64,000 nt of DNA, from the NCBI GenBank assembly GCA_964016885.1, contig CAXHJY010000973.1:372001-436000 (forward strand), in the 5' to 3' direction. A program made the position numbers and the translations under genes. This stretch comes from Eledone cirrhosa (taxonomy: Eukaryota). Each line of letters begins with the position of its first letter. The stretch's first letter is position 1. A model generated the notes under the pieces. That model did not search any database and was not told the DNA's origin. It saw only the letters and a list, made by a program, of their open reading frames with translations. Shown piece by piece: positions 20,111 through 34,200 of the stretch.

Positions 20111-21003
20111 GTCATATATACACCAACCATATTGTTGGGGGACTGGCTCTTTGTCTGTGGCCTACCCAGTCTGGATGATTTCCACATCTCCATTGTGCTC
20201 AGGGTCGGAGCAGATGTTTGTGGAGGATCGAAATGTTGTTGTGGCAACCCCCATTCACAAATCTTCATGGATTGTCTGGCTGTCTGACTACTGGTCAATT
20301 CACTCACCATACTCAGCTGAACCTAATAATTATTTGAACCCTGGCCAGGGTCCTCATCTTAAATCTGGAGCTAACAGAATTGGGTAAAAGGTAAATGTCT
20401 CATTTGGGACGCCACAGTAATTCTTTTACTCCTTTCAACATCATCGATGCTGCGATGATGGTGAAGGTCCCTGCATCCATAGCCAAATGGAATAAATCTT
20501 AACCCTTTAGCATTCAAACCGGCCGTAACCGGCCAGAATTTTCTCACCTCTTTCTGTTCAAACCAACCCTAACTAGCCACTCATACTGATGTTAAAGTAT
20601 TGTTCTGAAAATAAATAATATCAAAATTCCATTCGATATTGTGTGAGATAATTATATAAGATAAAGCCTTTACTACAAAAATACAATAGTTTATTTAGAG
20701 TAATGTAAATGCTAAAGAGTTAAAATACCAACAATTATCAACTGTTTCTTTTTTTTCTTTTTCAGCTTGTGGCATTGAAGAAGTTTAAGAAAGCTGGGCC
20801 ACTGATAGCAGGGCGCTGGTCATTGATGGTGGCTGGACTTACCTACATGTGATGCTCATGAGGGTACTTGGTTATTCCAGTGTTTTAGTCTCACTATCAC
20901 CCAGCCTTACCAACATGTGATGATTCTCATGAGGGTACTTGGATGTTCCATTGTCTTAGTCTAGCTATCACTTGGCTTTACCTACATACCATGTGATGCT
21001 CTC
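20111..21003 (+). mobile_element. CRE-clade LINE remnant (zinc knuckle + endonuclease), interrupted by a MITE, with ~71-bp terminal tandem repeats
   Basis: GDWL..DFHISIVLRVGADVCGGSKCCCG..GQFTHHTQLNLII..WVKGKCLIWDATV..FQLVALKKF..EGTWLFQ. Confidence 0.85.
20503..20719. mobile_element. piggyBac-type MITE
   Basis: TTAA|CCCTTTAGCATT...AATGCTAAAGAG|TTAA terminal inverted repeats with a TTAA target duplication; removing it restores CRE continuity. Confidence 0.85.
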
Positions 21004-21020
21004 ATTATCTGTATACATCA

Positions 21021-21206
21021 CGGGTGGTGGATTGGCAGTATCGGTAGAGGGTTGGACGCCATGCTTTCCAGCATAGTTACATCCCTTTACAGTCTAAGTT
21101 CAAATCCCGCCGAGGTTAACTTTGCCTTTCATCCTTTCGGGGTTGATAAAATAAAGTACCCGTAATGTACTGGGTAATTGCTGGCCTTGTGCCTAAAGTA
21201 AAAACA
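21021..21206 (+). mobile_element. Full-length SINE with a 17-bp target-site duplication
   Basis: ATTATCTGTATACATCA at 21004-21020 and 21207-21223. Confidence 0.92.
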
Positions 21207-21988
21207 ATTATCTGTATACATCATATGTCGATACCATTGCAGTCTCCTCTCCTGTACATTTGACACCTCTTATACACAGCTTTTCTCTCTTTTATCCATA
21301 CTTTGTTCTTCTGACACATAAACATTGCACATCCTTTTAAGCATGCTTACTTCATTTCTCTCCAGCCTTCGCATGTCCTCTACATTCACTACACACGTCT
21401 CACTACCATGTAGCAACCTCTACATTCACTGCCCTTGCCTCACTAACATGTAGCATCACACATCCTCTACCATGTAAATTCACATATCCTCTACATTCAC
21501 TACCTATGTCTCACTACCATGTAGCAACCTCTACATTCACCACCCATGTCTCACTAATCATGTAGCATCACAACCTCTACATTCACTGCCCATGTAGCAT
21601 CACATATCCTCTCCATTCACTATTTGTCTTACTGCCATGTAGCATCACACAGGTGCCATTTCATTTGTAGAAATCCTTTTATTTTAACACAGGTAGTAGC
21701 TCCCTAAACCTGTTCCCACCTGTTCTTATTTTAGCTACTAAGTGTCTAGACCAACCACCTCCACTGCTAATTAGGCCACCTTGGTAACAGAAGCTATCAA
21801 CTATTTCTATCGTGCCTTCCTAGGATTGGAAGTTTTATTTCATTGATGCTTTTACTACCAACTATCCTTGAATCTTCTGCAAAATATAATATCTGTCTTT
21901 GGTTAGTCTGCCTTCTATCTCACTACACCTCTTGTGTATCTAAGATTTACATTGTGAACATTGTAGAGAGTTTCAGCCTACTCCTTTT
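21207..21988 (-). mobile_element. RTE-clade LINE fragment (PHD-like Cys cluster, RT end) with an internal ~40-bp tandem repeat at 21378-21650
   Basis: KGVG*NSLQCSQCKS*IHKRCS..IEIVDSFCYQGGLISSGGG..AKIRTG..FRELLP..(MLHGSETWAVNVE)n..DMRRLERNEVSMLKRMC..ERRLQWYRHM. Confidence 0.88.
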
Positions 21989-22061
21989 AATAATAATGAA
22001 AATTATTGTGTACAATGCTCAGGTGCACTACAACTCATCAATGGTGCATGTATAGTACATA
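21989..22061 (-). mobile_element. CR1 3' tail fragment, inverted relative to the adjacent CR1 body
   Basis: TAATAATAATGAAAATTATTGTGTACA..GCTCAGGTGCACTACAACTCATC is the reverse complement of 9920-9993. Confidence 0.88.
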
Positions 22062-22070
22062 CATTGAAGC

Positions 22071-22248
22071 CCTGGCAACTGACTTGGTAAACACCCACAA
22101 AATTATTAACCATCTAGACAACAACAACCCTGAGTACCTTTTTAATTTCCATGTGTCTAACACACGTGGGCATGCCTACAAAGTCAGAAAACAGCACAGC
22201 TCACATGACTTTCGGAAACATTTTTTCACGCTCAAAGTTGCTAAAGTA
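22071..22248 (+). mobile_element. CR1 LINE ORF2 C-terminal segment leading directly into the satellite
   Basis: LATDLVNTHKIINHL..LFNFHVSNTRGHAYKVRKQHSSHDFRKHFFTLKVAKV(W>*)NKLPASVV matches the CR1 signature TRGH..K......R..FF..RV...WN.LP..VV. Confidence 0.92.
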
Positions 22249-25200
22249 TGAAACAAACTACCTGCATCAGTTGTTAGCTGTCGAGACACTGCATCCTTTA
22301 AAACATCCATCGAACAAACGCCCTGCATCAGTTGCTAGCAGTCGAGACACTGCATCTTTTAATACCTCCATGGAACAAACTACCTACATCAGTTGTTAGC
22401 TGTCGAGACACTGCATCCTTTAAAACCTCCATCGAACAAACGCCCTGCATCAGTTGCTAGCAGTCGAGACACTGCATCTTTTAAAACCTCCATGGAACAA
22501 ACTACCTGCATCAGTTGATAGCTGTCGAGACACTGCATCCTTTAAAACCTCCATGGAACAAACTACCTTCATCAGTTGTTAGCTGTCGAGACACTGCATC
22601 CTTTAAAACCTCCATGGAACAAATTACCTGCATCAGTTGTTAGCTGTCGAGACACTGCATCCTTTAAAACCTCCATGGAACAAACTACCAGCATCAGTTG
22701 TTAGCTGTCCAGACACTGCATCCTTTAAAACCTCCATGCAACAAACTACCTTCATCAGTTGTTAGCTGTCCAGAAACTGCATCCTTTAAAACCTCCATGG
22801 AACAAACTACCTGCATCAGTTGTAAGCTGTCGAGACACTGCCATCCTTTAAAACCTCCATGGACCAAACTACCTGCATCAGTTGTTAGCTGTTGAGACAC
22901 TGCATCCTTTAAACCCTCCATGGAACAAACTACCTGCATCAGTTGTTAGCTGTCGAGAGACTGCATCCTTTAAAACCTCCATGGAACAAACTACCTTCAT
23001 CAGTTGTTAGCTGTCAAGACACTGCATCCTTTAAAACCTCCATGGAAGAAACTACCTGCATCAGTTGTTAGCTGTCAAGACACTGCATCCATTAAAACAT
23101 TCATGGAACAAACTACCTTCATCAGTTGTTAGCTGTCGAGACACTGCATCCTTTAAAACCTCCATGGAACAACTTACCTGCATCAGTTGTTAGCTGTCGA
23201 GACACTGCATCCTTTAAAACCTCCATGGAACAAACTACCAGCATCAGTTGTTAGCTGTCCAGACACTGCATCCTTTAAAACCTCCATGCAACAAACTACC
23301 TTCATCAGTTGTTAGCTGTCCAGAGACTGCATCCTTTAAAACCTCCATGGAACAAACTACCTGCATCAGTTGTAAGCTGTCGAGACACTGCATCCTTTAA
23401 AACCTCCATGGGACAAATTACCTGCATCAGTTGTTAGCTGTCGAGACACTGCATCCTTTAAAACCTCCATGGAACAAACTACCTGCATCAGTTGTTAGCT
23501 GTTGAGACATTGCATCCTTTAAAACCTCTATGGAACAAACTACCTCCATCAGTTGTTAGCTGTTGAGATACTGCATCCTTTAAAAGCTCCATGGAAAAAA
23601 CTCCCTGCATCAGTTGCTAGCAGTTGAGACACTGCATCTTTTAAAACCTCTATGGAACAAACTACCTCCATCAGTTGTTAGCTGTTGAGACACTGCATCC
23701 TTTAAAACCTCCATGGAACAAACTACCTGCATCAGTTGTTAGCTGTAGAGACACTGCATCCTTTAAAACCGCCATGGAACAAACTATCTGCATCAGTTGT
23801 TAGCTGCTGAGACACTGCATCCTTTAAAACCTCCATGGAACAAACTACCTTCATCAGTTGTTAGCTGTAGAGACACTGCATCCTTTAAAACCGCCATGGA
23901 ACAGACTACCTACATCAGTTGTTAGCTGTTGAGACATTGCATCCATTAAAACCTCTATGGAACAAACTACCTGCATCAGTTGTTAGCTGTCGAGACACTG
24001 CATCCTTTAAAACCTCCATGGAACAAACTACCTGCATATGTTGTTAGCTGTTGAGACATTGCATCCTTTAAAAGCTCTATGGAACAAACTACCTCCATCA
24101 GTTGTTAGCTGTTGAGACACTGCATCCTTTGAAACCTCCATGGAACAAACAACCTGCATAAGTTGTTAGCTGTCGAGACACTGCATCCTTTAAAACCTCC
24201 ATGGAACAAACGACCTGCATCAGTTGTTAGCTGTCGAGACACTGCATCCTTTAAAACCTCCATGGAACAAATTACCTGCATCAGTTGTTAGCTGTTGAGA
24301 CACTGCATCCTTTAAAACCTCCATGGAACAAACAACCTGCATAAGTTGTTAGCTGTCGAGACACTGCCTTCCTTTAAAACCTCCATGGAACAAACTACCT
24401 GCATCAGTTGTTAGCTGTAGAGACACTGCATCCTTTAAAACCTCCATGGAACAAACTACCTGCATCAGTTGTTAGCTGTCGAGAGACTGCATCCTTTAAA
24501 ACCTCCATGGAACAAACTACCTGCATCAGTTGTTAGCTGTCGAGAGACTGCATCCTTTAAAACCTCCATGGAACAAACTACCTGCATCAGTTGTTAGCTG
24601 TCTAGACACTGCATCCTTTAAAACCTCCATGGAACAAACTACCTTCATCAGTTGTTAGCTCTCGAGACACTGCATCCTTTAAAACCTCCGTGGAAAAAAC
24701 TCCCTGCATCAGTTGCTAGCAGTTGAGACACTGCATCTTTTAAAACCTCTATGGAACAAACTACCTCCATCAGTTGTTAGCTGTTGAGACACTGCATCCT
24801 TTAAAACCTCCATGGAACAAACTACCTGCATCAGTTGTTACCTGTCGATACACGGCATCCTTTAAAACCTCCATGGAACAAACTACCTGCATCAGTTGTT
24901 AGCTGTTGAGACATTGCATCCTTTAAAACCTCCATGGAACAAACTACCTTCATCTGTTGTTAGCTGTCGAGACACTGCATCCTTTAAAACCTCCATGGAA
25001 CAAACTACCTTCATCAGTTGTTAGCTGTCCAGACACTGCATCCTTTAAAACCTCCATGCAACAAACTACCTGCATCAGTTGTTAGCTGTCCAGAAACTGC
25101 ATCCTTTAAAACCTCCATGGAACAAACTACCTGCATCAGTTGTAAGCTGTCGAGACACTGCCATCCTTTAAAACCTCCATGGACCAAACTACCTGCATCA

Positions 25201-28200
25201 GTTGTTAGCTGTTGAGACACTGCATCCTTTAAACCCTCCATGGAACAAACTACCTGCATCAGTTGTTAGCTGTCGAGAGACTGCATCCTTTAAAACCTCC
25301 ATGGAACAAACTACCTTCATCAGTTGTTAGCTGTCAAGACATTGCATCCTTTAAAACCTCCATCGAAGAAACTACCTGCATCAGTTGTTAGCTGTCAAGA
25401 GACTGCATCCTTTAAAACATTCATGGAACAAACTACCTTCATCAGTTGTTAGCTGTCGAGACACTGCATCCTTTAAAACCTCCATGCAACAAACTACCTT
25501 CATCAGTTGTTAGCTGTCCAGAGACTGCATCCTTTAAAACCTCCATGGAACAAACTACCTGCATCAGTTGTAAGCTGTCGAGACACTGCATCCTTTAAAA
25601 CGTCCATGGGGCAAATTACCTGCATCAGTTGTTAGCTGTTGAGACACTGCATCCTTTAAAACCTCCATGGAACAAACTACCTGCATCAGTTGTTAGCTGT
25701 TGAGACAATGCATCCTTTAAAACCTCTATGGAACAAACTACCTCCATCAGTTGTTAGCTGTTGAGATACTGCATCCTTTAAAAGCTCCGTGGAAAAAACT
25801 CCCTGCATCAGTTGCTAGCAGTTGAGACACTGCATCTTTTAAAACCTCTATGGAACAAACTACCTCCATCAGTTGTTAGCTGTTGAGACACTGCATCCTT
25901 TAAAACCTCCATGGAACAAACTACCTGCATCAGTTGTTACCTGTTGAGACACTGCATCCTGTAAAACCTCCATGGAACAAACTACCTGCATCAGTTGTTA
26001 GCTGTTGAGACATTGCATCCTTTAAAACATCTATGGAACAAACTACCTCCATCAGTTGTTAGCTGTTGAGACACTGCATCCTTTAAAACCTCCATGGAAC
26101 AAACTACCTGCATCAGTTGTTAGCTGTCCAGACACTGCATCCTTTAAAACCTCCATGGAACAAACTATCTGCATCAGTTGTTAGCTGCTGAGACACTGCA
26201 TCCTTTAAAACCTCCATGGAACAAACTACCTTCATCAGTTGTTAGCTGTAGAGACACTGCATCCTTTAAAACCGCCATGGAACAGACTACCTACATCAGT
26301 TGTTAGCTGTTGAGGCATTGCATCCTTAAAACCTCTATGGAACAAACTACCTCCATCAGTTGTTAGCCGTTGAGACACTGCATCCTTTAAAACCTCCATG
26401 GAACAAACTACCTGCATCAGTTGTTAGCTGTCGAGACACTGCATCCTTTAAAACCTCCATGGAACAAACTACCTGCATCTGTTGTTAGCTGTTGAGACAT
26501 TGCATCCTTTAAAAGCTCTATGGAACAAACTACCTCCATCAGTTGTTAGCTGTTGAGACACTGCATCCTTTGAAACCTCCATGGAACAAACAACCTGCAT
26601 AAGTTGTTAGCTGTCGAGACACTGCATCCTTTAAAACCTCCATGGAACAAACGACCTGCATCAGTTGTTAGCTGTCGAGACACTGCATCCTTTAAAACCT
26701 CCATGGAACAAATTACCTGCATCAGTTATTAGCTGTCGAGACACTGCATCCTTTAAAACCTCCATGGAACAAACTACCAGCATCAGTTGTTAGCTGTCCA
26801 GACACTGCACCCTTTAAAACCTCCATGCAACAAACTACCTTCATCAGTTGTTAGCTGTCCAGAGACTGCATCCTTTAAAACCTCCATGGAACGAACTACC
26901 AGCATCAGTTGTAAGCTGTCGAGACACTGCATCCTTTAAAACCTCCATGGAACAAATTACCTGCATCAGTTGTTAGCTGTCGAGACACTGCCTTCCTTTA
27001 AAACCTCCATGGAACAAACTACCTGCATCAGTTGTTAGCTGTAGAGACACTGCATCCTTTAAAACCTCCATGGAACAAACTACCTGCATCAGTTGTTAGC
27101 TGTCGAGAGACTGCATCCTTTAAAACCTCCATGGAACAAACTACCTGCATCAGTTGTTAGCTGTCTAGACACTGCATCCTTTAAAACCTCCATGGAACAA
27201 ACTACCTGCATCAGTTGTTAGCTGTCAAGACACTGCAGCCTTTAAAACCTCCATGGAACAAACTACCTTCATCAGTTGTTAGCTGTCGAGACACTGCATC
27301 CTTTAAAACCTCCGTGGAAAAAACTCCCTGCATCAGTTGCTAGCAGTTGAGACACTGAATCTTTTAAAAGCTCTATGGAACAAACTACCTCCATCAGTTG
27401 TTAGCTGTTGAGACACTGCATCCTTTAAAACCTCCATGGAACAAACTACCTGCATCAGTTGTTACCTGTCGATACACGGCATCCTTTAAAACCTCCATGG
27501 AACAAACTACCTGCATCAGTTGTTAGCTGTTGAGACATTGCATCCTTTAAAACCTCCATGGAACAAACTACCTTCATCTGTTGTTAGCTGTCGAGACACT
27601 GCATCCTTTAAAACCTCCATGGAACAAACTACCAGCATCAGTTGTTAGCTGTCCAGACACTGCATCCTTTAAAACCTCCATGCAACAAACTACCTTCATC
27701 AGTTGTTAGCTGTCCAGAAACTGCATCCTTTAAAACCTCCATGGAACAAAGTACCTGCATCAGTTGTAAGCTGTCGAGACACTGCCATCCTTTAAAACCT
27801 CCATGGACCAAACTACCTGCATCAGTTGTTAGCTGTTGAGACACTGCATCCTTTAAACCCTCCATGGAACAAACTACCTGCATCAGTTGTTAGCTGTCGA
27901 GAGACTGCATCCTTTAAACCTCCATAGAACAAACTACCTTCATCAGTTGTTAGCTGTCAAGACACTGCATCCTTTAAAACCTCCATCGAAGAAACTACCT
28001 GCATCAGTTGTTAGCTGTCAAGACACTGCATTCTTTAAAACATTCATGGAACAAACTACCTTCATCAGTTGTTAGCTGTCGAGACACTGCATCCTTTAAA
28101 ACCTCCATGGAACAAACTACCAGCATCAGTTGTTAGCTGTCCAGACACTGCATCCTTTAAAACCTCCATGCAACAAACTACCTTCATCAGTTGTTAGCTG

Positions 28201-31200
28201 TCCAGAGACTGCATCCTTTAAAACCTCCATGGAACAAACTACCTGCATCAGTTGTAAGCTGTCGAGACACTGCATCCTTTAAAACGTCCATGGGACAAAT
28301 TACCTGTATCAGTTGTTAGCTGTTGAGACACTGCATCCTTTAAAACCTCCATGGAACAAACTACCTGCATCAGTTGTTAGCTGTTGAGACATTGCATCCT
28401 TTAAAACCTCTATGGAACAAACTACCTCCATCAGTTGTTAGCTGTTGAGATACTGCATCCTTTAAAAGCTCCGTGGAAAAAACTCCCTGCATCAGTTGCT
28501 AGCAGTTGAGACACTGCATCTTTTAAAACCTCTATGGAACAAACTACCTCCATCAGTTGTTAGCTGTCGAGACACTGCATCCTTTAAAACCTCCATGGAA
28601 CAAACTACCTGCATCTGTTGTTAGCTGTTGAGACATTGCATCCTTTAAAAGCTCTATGGAACAAACTACCTCCATCAGTTGTTAGCTGTTGAGACACTGC
28701 ATCCTTTGAAACCTCCATGGAACAAACAACCTGCATAAGTTGTTAGCTGTCGAGACACTGCATCCTTTAAAACCTCCATGGAACAAACGACCTGCATCAG
28801 TTGTTAGCTGTCGAGACACTGCATCCTTTAAAACCTCCATGGAACAAATTACCTGCATCAGTTATTAGCTGTCGAGACACTGCATCCTTTAAAACCTCCA
28901 TGGAACAAACTACCAGCATCAGTTGATAGCTGTCCAGACACTGCACCCTTTAAAACCTCCATGCAACAAACTACCTTCATCAGTTGTTAGCTGTCCAGAG
29001 ACTGCATCCTTTAAAACCTCCATGGAACAAACGACCTGCATCAGTTGTTAGCTGTCGAGACACTGCATCCTTTAAAACCTCCATGGAACAAACTACCAGC
29101 ATCAGTTGTAAGCTGTTGAGACACTGCATCCTTTAAAACCTCCATGGAACAAATTACCTGCATCAGTTGTTAGCTGTCGAGACACTGCCTTCCTTTAAAA
29201 CCTCCATGGAACAAACTACCTGCATCAGTTGTTAGCTGTAGAGACACTGCATCCTTTAAAACCTCCATGGAACAAACTACCTGCATCAGTTGTTAGCTGT
29301 CGAGAGACTGCATCCTTTAAAACCTCCATGGAACAAACTACCTGCATCAGTTGTTAGCTGTCTAGACACTGCATCCTTTAAAACCTCCATGGAACAAACT
29401 ACCTTCATCAGTTGTTAGCTGTAGAGACACTGCATCCTTTAAAACCTCCATGGAACAAACTACCTTCATCAGTTGTTAGCTGTCAAGACACTGCATCCTT
29501 TAAAACCTCCATCGAAGAAACTACCTGCATCAGTTGTTAGCTGTCAAGACACTGCATCCTTTAAAACATTCATGGAACAAACTACCTTCATCAGTTGTTA
29601 GCTGTCGAGACACTGCATCCTTTAAAACCTCCATGCAACAAACTACCTTCATCAGTTGTTAGCTGTCCAGAGACTGCATCCTTTAAAACCTCCATGGAAC
29701 AAACTACCTGCATCAGTTGTAAGCTGTCGAGACATTGCATCCTTTAAAACCTCTATGGAACAAACTACCTCCATCAGTTGTTAGCTGTTGAGATACTGCA
29801 TCCTTTAAAAGCTCCGTGGAAAAAACTACCTGCATCAGTTGCTAGCAGTTGAGACACTGCATCTTTTAAAACCTCTATGGAACAAACTACCTCCATCAGT
29901 TGTTAGCTGTTGAGACACTGCATCCTTTAAAACCTCCATGGAACAAACTACCTGCATCAGTTGTTACCTGTTGAGACACTGCATCCTTTAAAACCTCCGT
30001 GGAAAAAACTCCCTGCATCAGTTGCTAGCAGTTGAGACACTGCATCTTTTAAGACCTCTATGGAACAAACTACCTCCATCAGTTGTTAGCTGTTGAGACA
30101 CTGCATCCTTTAAAACCTCCATGGAACAAACTACCTGCATCAGTTGTTACCTGTTGAGACACTGCATCCTTTAAAACCTCCATGGAACAAACTATCTGCA
30201 TCAGTTGTTAGCTGCTGAGACACTGCATCCTTTAAAACCTCCACGGAACAAACTACCTTCATCAGTTGTTACCTGTCGATACACTGCATCCTTTAAAACC
30301 TCCATGGAACAAACTACCTGCATCAGTTGTTAGCTGTTGAGACATTGCATCCTTTGAAACCTCTATGGAACAAACTACCTGCATCAGTTGTTAGCTGTTG
30401 AGACATTGCATCCTTTAAAACCTCTATGGAACAAACTACCTCCATCAGTTGTTAGCTGTTGAGACACTGCATCCTTTAAAACCTCCATGGAACAAACTAT
30501 CTGCATCAGTTGTTAGCTGTCAAGACACCGCATCCTTTAAAACCTCCATGGAACAAACTAACTGCATCAGTTGTTAGCTGCTGAGACACTGCATCCTTTA
30601 AAACCTCCATGGAACAAACTACCTGCATCATATGTTAGCTGTCGAGACACTGCATCCTTTAAAACCTCCGTGGAAAAAACTCCCTGCATCAGTTGCTAGC
30701 AGTTGAGACACTGCATCTTTTAAAACCTCTATGGAACAAACTACCTCCATCAGTTGTTAGCTGTTGAGACACTGCATCCTTTAAAACCTCCATGGAACAA
30801 ACTACCTGCATCAGTTGTTACCTGTTGAGACACTGCATCCTTTAAAACCTCCACGGAACAAACTATCTGCATCAGTTGTTAGCTGCTGAGACACTGCATC
30901 CTTTAAAACCTCCATGGAACAAACTATCTTCATCAGTTGTTACCTGTCGATACACTGCATCCTTTAAAACCTCCATAGAACAAACTACCTGCATCAGTTG
31001 TTAGCTGTTGAGACATTGCATCCTTTAAAACCTCTATGGAACAAACTACCTCCATCAGTTGTTAGCTGTTGAGACACTGCATCCTTTAAAACCTCCATGG
31101 AACAAACTATCTGCATCAGTTGTTAGCTGTAGAGACACTGCATCCTTTAAAACCGCCATGGAACAAACTATCTGCATCAGTTGTTAGCTGTCGAGACACT

Positions 31201-34200
31201 GCATCCTTTAAAACCTCCATGGAACAAACTACCTTCATCAGTTGTTAGCTGTAGAGACACTGCATCCTTTAAAACCGCCATGGAACAGACTACCTACATC
31301 AGTTGTTAGCTGTTGAGACATTGCATCCATTAAAACCTCTATGGAACAAACTACCTCCATCAGTTGTTAGCCGTTGAGACACTGCATCCTTTAAAACCTC
31401 CATGGAACAAACTACCTGCATCTGTTGTTAGCTGTTGAGACATTGCATCCTTTAAAACCTCTATGGAACAAACTACCTCCATCAGTTGTTAGCTGTTGAG
31501 ACACTGCATCCTTTAAAAGCTCCGTGGATAAAACTCCCTGCATCAGTTGCTAGCAGTTGAGACACTGCATCTTTTAAAACCTCCATGGAACAAACTACCT
31601 GCATCAGTTGTTAGCTGTTGAGACGTTGCATCCTTTAAAACCTCTATGGAACAAACTACCTCATATCAGTTGTTAGCTGTTGAGACACTGCATCCTTTGA
31701 AACCTCCATGGAACAAACAACCTGCATAAGTTGTTAGCTGTCGAGACACTGCATCCTTTAAAACCTCCATGGAACAAACTACCTGCATCAGTTGTTAGCT
31801 GTCGAGACACTGCATCCTTTAAAACCTCCATGGAACAAATTACCTGCATCAGTTGTTAGCTGTCGAGACACTGCATCCTTTAAAACCTCCATGGAACAAA
31901 CTACCAGCATCAGTTGTTAGCTGTCCAGACACTGCACCCTTTAAAACCTCCATGCAACAAACTACCTTCATCAGTTGTTAGCTGTCCAGAGACTGCATCC
32001 TTTAAAACCTCCATGGAACAAACTACCAGCATCAGTTGTAAGCTGTCGAGACACTGCATCCTTTAAAACCTCCATGGAACAAATTACCTGCATCAGTTGT
32101 TAGCTGTCGAGACACTGCCTTCCTTTAAAACCTCCATGGAACAAACTACCTGCATCAGTTGTTAGCTGTAGAGACACTGCATCCTTTAAAACCTCCATGG
32201 AACAAACTACCTGCATCATTTGTTAGCTGTCGAGAGACTGCATCCTTTAAAACCTCCATGGAACAAACTACCTGCATCAGTTGTTAGCTGTCAAGACACT
32301 GCAGCCTTTAAAACCTCCATGGAACAAACTACCTTCATCAGTTGTTAGCTGTCGAGACACTGCATCCTTTAAAACCTCCGTGGAAAAAACTCCCTGCATC
32401 AGTTGCTAGCAGTTGAGACACTGCATCTTTTAAAACCTCTATGGAACAAACTACCTCCATCAGTTGTTAGCTGTTGAGACACTGCATCCTTTAAAACCTC
32501 CATGGAACAAACTACCTGCATCAGTTGTTAGCTGTCCAGACACTGCATCCTTTAAAACCTCCATGGAACAAACTACCTGCATCAGCTGTTAGCTGTCTAG
32601 ACACTGCATCCTTTAAAACCTCCATGGAACAAACTACCTGCATCAGTTGTTACCTGTCGATACACGGCATCATTTAAAACCTCCATGGAACAAACTACCT
32701 GCATCAGTTGTTAGCTGTCCAGACACTGCATCCTTTAAAACCTCCATGGAATAAACTATCTGCATCAGTTGTTAGCTGTCAAGACACCGCATCCTTTAAA
32801 ACCTCCATGGAACAAACTACCTGCATCAGTTGTTAGCTGTCGAGATACTTTAACCTTTAAAACCTCCATGGAACAAACTACCTGCATTAGTAGTTAGCTG
32901 TCAAGACACTGCATCCTTTAAAACCTCCATGGTACAAACTACCTGCATCAGTTGTTAGCTGTCAAGACACTGCAGCCTTTAAAATCTCCATGGAACAAAC
33001 TACCTTCATCAGTTGTTAGCTGTCGAGACACTCCATCCTTTGAAACCTCCATGGAACAAACTACCAGCATCAGTTGTTAGCTGTCCAGACACTGCATCCT
33101 TTAAAACCTCCATGCAGCAAACTACCTTCATCAGTTGTTAGTTGTCCAGAGACTGCATCCTTTAAAACCTCCATGGAACAAACTACCTGCATCAGTTGTA
33201 AGTTGTCGAGACACTGCATCCTTTAAAACCTCCATGGAACAAATTACCTGCATCAGTTGTTAGCTGTCGAGACACTGCATCCTTTAAAACCTCCATGGAA
33301 CAAACTACCAGAATCAGTTGTTAGCTGTCCAGACACTGCATCCTTTAAAACCTCCATGCAGCAAACTACCTTCATCAGTTGTTAGTTGTCCAGAGACTGC
33401 ATCCTTTAAAACCTCCATGGAACAAACTACCTGCATCAGTTGTAAGTTGTCGAGACACTGCATCCTTTAAAACCTCCATGGAACAAATTACCTGCATCAG
33501 TTGTTAGCTGTCGAGACACTGCATCCTTTAAAACCTTCATGGAACAAACTACCTCCATCAGTTCTTAGCTGTTGACACGTTGCATCCTTTAAAACCACTA
33601 TGGAACAAACTACCTGCATCAGTTGTTACCTGTTGGGGACACTGCATCCTTTAAAACCTCTATGGAACAAACTACCTCCATCAGTTGTTAGCTGTTGAGA
33701 CACTGCATCCTTTAAAACCTCTATGGAACAAACTACCTCCATCAGTTGTTAGCTGTTGAGACACTGCATCGTTTAAAACCTCCATGGAACAAACTATCTG
33801 CATCAGTTGTTAGCTGTAGAGACACTGCATCCTTTAAAACCGCCATGGAACAAACTATCTGCATCAGTTGTTAGCTGTCGAGACACTGCATCCTTTAAAA
33901 CCTCCATGGAACAAACTACCTTCATCAGTTGTTAGCTGTAGAGACACTGCATCCTTTAAAACCGCCATGGAACAGACTACCTACATCAGTTGTTAGCTGT
34001 TGAGACATTGCATCCATTAAAACCTCTATGGAACAAACTACCTCCATCAGTTGTTAGCCGTTGAGACACTGCATCCTTTAAAACCTCCATGGAACAAACT
34101 ACCTGCATCTGTTGTTAGCTGTTGAGACATTGCATCCTTTAAAACCTCTATGGAACAAACTACCTCCATCAGTTGTTAGCTGTTGAGACACTGCATCCTT

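Noticed and set aside
15360-20770. TTTTCAG acceptor-like sites at 15370, 19520 and 20765 followed by similar sequence, suggesting a family of repeated exons
   Set aside because: TTT CAG is the F-Q codon pair of the CRE endonuclease region; homology continues upstream as retroelement ORF.
10986-21206. tRNA genes suggested by A/B boxes
   Set aside because: These are SINE heads followed by SINE body and tail; there is no complete cloverleaf.
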